Source of the DNA: an uncultured Candidatus Saccharibacteria bacterium
GTDB lineage: Bacteria > Patescibacteriota > Saccharimonadia > CAILAD01 > JADZBC01
Assembly: GCA_964413715.1 (NCBI GenBank)
Contig: CAYPSN010000002.1
Location: 850 to 64,849 of the forward strand
Direction of reading: 5' to 3'
Length of the DNA: 64,000 nucleotides
Shown: one piece after another, positions 59,194-64,000 of the stretch
Layout: each line of letters starts with the position of its first letter
Numbering within the stretch: the first letter of the stretch is position 1
Translations under genes and position numbers: made by a program
Notes under the pieces: model-generated
What the model saw: the letters and a program-made list of their open reading frames with translations, nothing else
What the model was told of the DNA's origin: nothing
Database searches by the model: none

Positions 59194-59259
59194 TGAAAAT
59201 AAAAAAGGACCCCGCTGGCCAGCTCGCCTCCCGAAGGATTTGAGCCAGCCAGCCGAGTC
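59194..59259 (-). repeat. 3'-hairpin family A, copy 1
   Basis: 66 bp identical to 59870-59935; starts 1 nt after a stop codon; ends in a U tract on the minus strand. Confidence 0.95.
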
Positions 59260-59260
59260 A

Positions 59261-59803
59261 TCACCAGCCGTCGGATCGTTCTCTGTGCTCTTCCCACGTC
59301 GACCTGAGGACACCTAGCAGTTCCTCTACGTCGCTTCTGCACTTTGCATCATCCGTCACTACTGCCCAGCCAAGTTCAGCGCATGAACCATCCTCTATGT
59401 TATCCATCGAATAACAAAGCATGAGGGCATCAACGACAACAGTCTTGTCGTCACCTTGTTGGAACACAACGATATAGAGAGTTCCGCCAGCGAACGTTGG
59501 GCCGCATGCCAGCAAGAGGTCGTTCCGCAGCTCAGCGTCGATAAGCTCATCTTCTACACCAACGAACTCGATGACGCTCCTGAACTGATCATCCCGTGCC
59601 AATCTGACTTGGTGGCAATAGCACGGCCCTCGAGGCCGTACATAGGCTTGTATGAAGTCAGCTAGCAGACCAAGCGCTGCCTGCACCAAATCGCACTTGC
59701 GGCAGGTACCAGTTCCGAGCTCGATGCTCTTGTCCCTCCACTGTTCCACATGCACCCTGCGAGAATGAGGGTGCCACGAAACAGCCAAAACTGACCTGTT
59801 CAA
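59261..59803 (-). CDS. Hypothetical protein (islet)
   Basis: Promoter TTGATT-17-CATACT at 59866-59838; GAAAGGA SD then TTG 59803. Confidence 0.7.
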   Translation of the reverse strand: MNRSVLAVSWHPHSRRVHVEQWRDKSIELGTGTCRKCDLVQAALGLLADFIQAYVRPRGPCYCHQVRLARDDQFRSVIEFVGVEDELIDAELRNDLLLACGPTFAGGTLYIVVFQQGDDKTVVVDALMLCYSMDNIEDGSCAELGWAVVTDDAKCRSDVEELLGVLRSTWEEHRERSDGW

Positions 59804-59869
59804 TTTATTTCCTTTCAAAGGCCTATTGGGCAATGTAAGTATGCTGCTGGGGACCAATAAAATCAAGCG

Positions 59870-59935
59870 TGAAAATAAAAAAGGACCCCGCTGGCCAGCT
59901 CGCCTCCCGAAGGATTTGAGCCAGCCAGCCGAGTC
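59870..59935 (-). repeat. 3'-hairpin family A, copy 2
   Basis: Identical to 59194-59259. Confidence 0.95.
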
Positions 59936-59947
59936 GGCATGTTCCCC

Positions 59948-60145
59948 TCAGTCGGGGAACGGATTGGTGGAGCCGGCCATCGCCAGGTCCATGGAGCCAC
60001 CACCGCGCGGGCGGCGCTGGGGGGTGAGGACGTCCCAGCCCTCACTCAGCTCCGGATGGTCACGGCAGATCTCGCCGTGGGTCTTGCCCTGGGCTCGCAT
60101 CTCCTCGATGCGAGCCGCCTGCTGTCGTGGGCTCAGATCGCCCAT
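59948..60145 (-). CDS. GC-rich 65-aa protein (islet)
   Basis: GGAGAGGA SD, GC3-rich, ends just before family A copy 2; overlaps the 3' end of the upstream ORF. Confidence 0.6.
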   Translation of the reverse strand: MGDLSPRQQAARIEEMRAQGKTHGEICRDHPELSEGWDVLTPQRRPRGGGSMDLAMAGSTNPFPD

Positions 60146-62150
60146 GTTGGTTCCTCTCCGCCCGTTCGTGGGCTAGGTAGGTAAGCTTGCGGTCGCAAGC
60201 TCGGTGGGTGTATCGCAAACTACGAACCATCTGTTCGGCCCGTAGTACATCTGGATGCCCTGCATCGCTCCTTTCGTATCCTTCGGACAGATCAACGGCC
60301 TCGTGCCAGTACACCTGCGAGGAGGAGTACTCGAGTAGAAGTCTACCAGGCAATTCCGACCCAGTCCAGCTACGAAGATGATTCACCACTGCCAGCGCAA
60401 CGCTGTAGTCAGGGAGACTCACTTCAATAGCCGGGTCGAGTCTAGCAGGCCTCTCACGAGAGAATTCTTCCCCCAACAACCTCAGCTTTCGCCTTAGCCA
60501 GATTGTTGCCGCAGCAAACATTCTATGACGACGAAACTCATCATCATCAAGAAACAGTCGGGCGAGAGCCTCGATTACCTCGCTCTCATGCTCTTCGGGA
60601 TAGATATCATCCCTAAAGCCAAGAAGCTCGAGAGCAAGCCTCAAATCCTGAAATCGCATCAGGCCCAAGGTCTCCTCAGCAGTTAGTTCACCACTTTCCC
60701 CAGAGAATCCAGAGAGCCTCTCCTCAAAGAACTCTTCGAGTAAGTACAGAGGCTCGAGAGTCTCTGCCAGCCAACTGGGCGATTCGAGATAGTACTCGAA
60801 TTGGACCTGCTCTTGTTCGCGCCGGGTAATAGCATCCGTATCCACCGGAAGTTCGGACATGACCTGCATCATAGTCCTTGCTCCCTCTATGGCAGATCTC
60901 AGATCGTCACTCCACTGGACGGTGGATCGCCTGAGCGCTCCACCGTCATCTGCAACAATCGTAAGCCCAGGCAGAACCTTGGCATACTTTTCAAGCAGAG
61001 CGTGTATGGCTGGTATCCCCCAGTCAGCATCGAGCTCAGCCAACGTGCGCTGATATGGATCGAGATGCCACCAGCTCCCGTCGTTTACCTGCAGCACTAC
61101 TCCGTAGTGAAAATCCATGACTTTCACCTGAGAGCGTTGCAAGAAAGTAAGCTCTTTTGAGGACCAGTCATGGAAAGAGGTGCCTGCACCCCCGAGCTCC
61201 TCGAAGGCCTCATGAACTTCGGTATAGACAGGCAGCTTGTCGGCAACCAATCTATCCACCGCCCACTCGATCTGTGACGCAAGAAGCACCGGAGCACCTG
61301 CGAGGCGAGCAAAAGCTAGTAGTGCAATACTCATTCCAAGACAGTTCGGGGTTTGGGTGCCTTCACCCAACTTGCCGTATTGCCTAGGTAGAACGCCCTC
61401 GGCCGGGTAGTCGTTTTCACCAGAGATGCCTTCGAACCACCCATAGTTCGACCTGAGGTGATGCATATCAACCACATAGTTGGCGATAACTTCGTTACCC
61501 TTCTGAACTTCCTTGGGGTCTTCATCCTCGTCGTTGTTCGCAGGATTGCGTGCGTAATCCAATGCCAATTGCGCCAAATCGGCTTCGTCGGCCTTCTCAA
61601 GGCGCCGAAGATGCCGAATGGCTTCTTCGACTTCTTCCGGATAGTAGGTAACGACAATATCGTCAGTCACCTCTACATGCCAACATGGTCCGGTTCGCCC
61701 CCTGGCTGCCTCAAGTTCTTGGTTAGTTTTCGTAATCCTGTAAGCCTTGAGCAACTCGTCATAAACCGTCTGCAGAGCAGTGCGTTGGTCGGCCAGGCTA
61801 AGGGCTTGCCACATAAGGGCGACATTCCTTACAGTATCCGGCAGGCACTCCGCCGCAGCATCTATGAGGCTTTCGCCAAGATGCTCCAGCACGACAGCAT
61901 CAAACGGATCAATTCCGCCAAACACACCAGCCTGCTTAAGCGCTTGGTCTTCTGGGAGGGCATTGAAAAGCTCACCCATTTCGATGTGGCCTGCCCTGTA
62001 GGCGATTGACTCATCGAATTCACCAAGCTGCAAAAGCGAGTAAAGATCGCGACGCTCACGCGTCTCGGCGACCGAATCACAAACTGCTTGTTCGAACGTA
62101 ATGCCGCAGCCCTTTTCAAAGGCCATAGCAACGAGCTCCATGAACTCCAT
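60060..62150 (-). CDS. 696-aa acidic protein with a transglutaminase/papain-like Cys-His-Asp motif (islet)
   Basis: PNCLGMSIALLAFARLAG...FHYGVV...WWHLDPY; AGGAGG SD. Confidence 0.72.
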   Translation of the reverse strand: MEFMELVAMAFEKGCGITFEQAVCDSVAETRERRDLYSLLQLGEFDESIAYRAGHIEMGELFNALPEDQALKQAGVFGGIDPFDAVVLEHLGESLIDAAAECLPDTVRNVALMWQALSLADQRTALQTVYDELLKAYRITKTNQELEAARGRTGPCWHVEVTDDIVVTYYPEEVEEAIRHLRRLEKADEADLAQLALDYARNPANNDEDEDPKEVQKGNEVIANYVVDMHHLRSNYGWFEGISGENDYPAEGVLPRQYGKLGEGTQTPNCLGMSIALLAFARLAGAPVLLASQIEWAVDRLVADKLPVYTEVHEAFEELGGAGTSFHDWSSKELTFLQRSQVKVMDFHYGVVLQVNDGSWWHLDPYQRTLAELDADWGIPAIHALLEKYAKVLPGLTIVADDGGALRRSTVQWSDDLRSAIEGARTMMQVMSELPVDTDAITRREQEQVQFEYYLESPSWLAETLEPLYLLEEFFEERLSGFSGESGELTAEETLGLMRFQDLRLALELLGFRDDIYPEEHESEVIEALARLFLDDDEFRRHRMFAAATIWLRRKLRLLGEEFSRERPARLDPAIEVSLPDYSVALAVVNHLRSWTGSELPGRLLLEYSSSQVYWHEAVDLSEGYERSDAGHPDVLRAEQMVRSLRYTHRACDRKLTYLAHERAERNQHGRSEPTTAGGSHRGDASPGQDPRRDLP

Positions 62151-62254
62151 TTGGCCCTCCTGGGCTATGTCAAAGCTGCCCTAAGGCAGTTGCCACCGAA
62201 TTTCGGTACCGCCGATTTATACCATTTTTCACCTTAAAATACAATCATAAGTGC

Positions 62255-62318
62255 AATAAAAAAGGACTCCGCTGGCCAGCTCGTCATCCCTTGGGAATCA
62301 GAGCCAGCCAGCCGAGTC
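62255..62318 (-). repeat. 3'-hairpin family A, divergent copy 3
   Basis: Same outer stems as copies 1-2 with a different apical segment. Confidence 0.9.
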
Positions 62319-62319
62319 G

Positions 62320-62571
62320 TCACATGCGAAGTTCGAGCTCCCTTTCGGTGCCATCAGGCGCCCGAACGACGATGATGCATCCCTCCAGGGCACCACACTC
62401 GACAAGCCATCCAAGCGTCTGGAGGGAAGACCTCAAGACCCAGCTTGTATTCACGCCGAATTTGCCTTTCAGACCTTCGAGAATGGCTTTTTCCTCGCGA
62501 TTCACCCTGACCTGCAACGTCTCTTCACGAGACTGCGTGCCAGACAAACTGAGCACCTGGCGATCTGTCAC
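62320..62571 (-). CDS. Ribbon-helix-helix (CopG-like) protein (islet)
   Basis: LQVRVNREEKAILEGL...TSWVLRSSL...RAPDGTEREL; promoter TTGAAA-17-CATACT at 62637-62609; AAGGAGG SD. Confidence 0.7.
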   Translation of the reverse strand: MTDRQVLSLSGTQSREETLQVRVNREEKAILEGLKGKFGVNTSWVLRSSLQTLGWLVECGALEGCIIVVRAPDGTERELELRM

Positions 62572-62642
62572 AACAACTACCTCCTTATAGGATGCGATGA
62601 GCACTGTGAGTATGCAGCTTACTGGGCCAGATTTCAACCCCT

Positions 62643-63167
62643 AAAACGAAAAGAGGCCCAGCCGGCCCCGCCCTTCCCCCGCCGAAGCGTGGAGTTGGTG
62701 CGGGACCGGCCGAAGCCGTTATGCGGTTGGCATGGCATGCATGCTTCCCCGCGGGATGTCGCTGTCGCTGTGAGCCGAAGGCGGATGGCCGACTGCAGAT
62801 GGCGATGCGATGGAACCGAAGGTCGATGGTCGAAGACCGAAGGCCGAAGGTTCGAAGGCTCCTGTAACCCTGGGCAGGGGGCCGTAAGCACACTCGAGCG
62901 CTCGAGTCAGGAGCTTTACCTGCTCCAACCACGTCCTTGGACACCCGGCTTTCGCCAGGAGGATGTAGCTTGCCTACGTATCAACCTACGTGGTGATCCG
63001 CGGACCGTTCCACTCCACCATTCTGCACACGGCATCAGGCTTTAGGTTAATTCTCGTCTTTCCGAGCTGTCCGCCAGTCTGTCTGGCACATCACCCCTAG
63101 CCGAAGCGTGAGGGCGAACTTGTGATTAATTTTCCACGTGTTGTCCGGCTTTTTATTTTGCGGGACA
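62643..63167 (-). ncRNA. Candidate ~520-nt structured transcript with no convincing ORF
   Basis: Promoter TTGACA-16-TATAAT at 63201-63174; many cUUCGg and GAAA hairpins; terminal GC hairpin and U tract. Confidence 0.4.
62816..62858. repeat. Degenerate heptamer tandem array (YCGAWGG)
   Basis: CCGAAGG TCGATGG TCGAAGA CCGAAGG CCGAAGG T TCGAAGG. Confidence 0.8.
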
Positions 63168-63267
63168 AAGAATATTATAGCCTACGAAGACTTTTTGTCA
63201 ATATCTATTTGAGCTTCTGGCACTTGGGGCAAATATGTGTGCCGCGGCCAGCCAATCATGACTATTA

Positions 63268-63999
63268 TTAACCTTGTGATTTGTACTGCTCTATTGCCTC
63301 GGATATTCGCACCCTCTCAGGCAATTCCTGATTAAGTTTTGCCATCTCAGAGCCTGGCACTATCGTAAGCTTGATGAGTTCGTCGGCGTCGCCCCCTGTG
63401 GCAATTATTTGATCAATCGTTTCGTCACTCAAGCTATATGTGTCACGTAGAATACCCCTACTCGCCTCCTGAGTTTCTGTCGAAAATAATGCCCCGATCA
63501 CTTCACCCAAGCGAGCTCGAGCTGGATTCGGACCTTGGGGCTCTTTGCCTGTTAATCCTGCTACAATCTCATAAGTAGCCTCTTTACCCGAACTACCAAA
63601 TGGGTCTTTGAGCTCATGAATATCGTCATCTACAGCCCAATCACGAACTCGAGACTCAGGGTATACCGCCAGGGCGTCCGATTCATCAACTACCATTGTG
63701 TCGGGATCAACACCCTGTGGAGTACGACCGTCTGCGTCCATGAGCTGAATAATGTCTTTCGGGTGGGTTATATAAGCCCCTACCTTAAATGCCTTCCCTG
63801 TACCACCTTTAAAAGCCTTTTCTTTCGCATTACGACTCTGCCTTGCGCCACCGCTGGCTTTTTCACGTAGTTCATTATATTCATGCATTAAAGCGCGTGC
63901 GGCCAGGATATTCTGCTTTTGTTCTGCCGTGACCACATCAGGATACCTTCCGAGTTTCGGGTCAGCCCTGCGTTCGTCTGAGTTCCAGCCCTCTAATAA
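63268..63999 (-). CDS. Hypothetical protein; 5' end probably off the window
   Basis: Frame of ORF 63268-63936 remains open to the window edge. Confidence 0.7.
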   Translation of the reverse strand, partial: LLEGWNSDERRADPKLGRYPDVVTAEQKQNILAARALMHEYNELREKASGGARQSRNAKEKAFKGGTGKAFKVGAYITHPKDIIQLMDADGRTPQGVDPDTMVVDESDALAVYPESRVRDWAVDDDIHELKDPFGSSGKEATYEIVAGLTGKEPQGPNPARARLGEVIGALFSTETQEASRGILRDTYSLSDETIDQIIATGGDADELIKLTIVPGSEMAKLNQELPERVRISEAIEQYKSQG

Positions 64000-64000
64000 G

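Noticed and set aside
59194-62318. Families A and B as CRISPR repeats or classical integron attC sites
   Set aside because: Spacers are whole genes with promoters; no cas genes; no RYYYAAC/GTTRRRY ends seen; no IntI-type integrase in the window
62877-63020. tmRNA-like ends (GGGGGCC ... CTCCACCA) on the + strand
   Set aside because: Only about 145 nt apart, the acceptor stem does not pair, and there is no T-loop

Overview
A 64-kb chromosomal segment (code 11) whose gene content looks like a Patescibacteria/CPR bacterium, most likely Saccharimonadia; the taxonomy is inferred from content, not searched. The backbone carries nrdR, rplY, ndk, mnmG, a Xer recombinase, a complete type IV pilus cluster, ychF, efp, rpsF-ssb-rpsR, recA-recX, ftsK, rnj, pnp, rpsO, truB, rpsT, holA and four tRNAs. 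Many backbone genes look leaderless. About 13 self-contained islets are interspersed at 8.3-10.9, 12.7-15.4, 48.7-49.2, 56.4-57.1 and 59.2-63.2 kb. Each typically has its own AT-rich sigma70 promoter, a structured leader that often buries a strong GGAGG/GAAAGG Shine-Dalgarno, a GC3-rich ORF (some actinobacterial-looking) and a long GC-rich 3' hairpin. Some 3' hairpins form repeat families with structure-preserving changes, and several islet transcripts have complementary 5' and 3' UTRs. This shared architecture is the main candidate for an undescribed system. Also present are a GIY-YIG gene inside perfect 28-bp inverted repeats, a 6S-like RNA candidate, and a promoter-driven ~520-nt structured transcript candidate. 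All calls come from reading the sequence; no database searches or folding programs were run.
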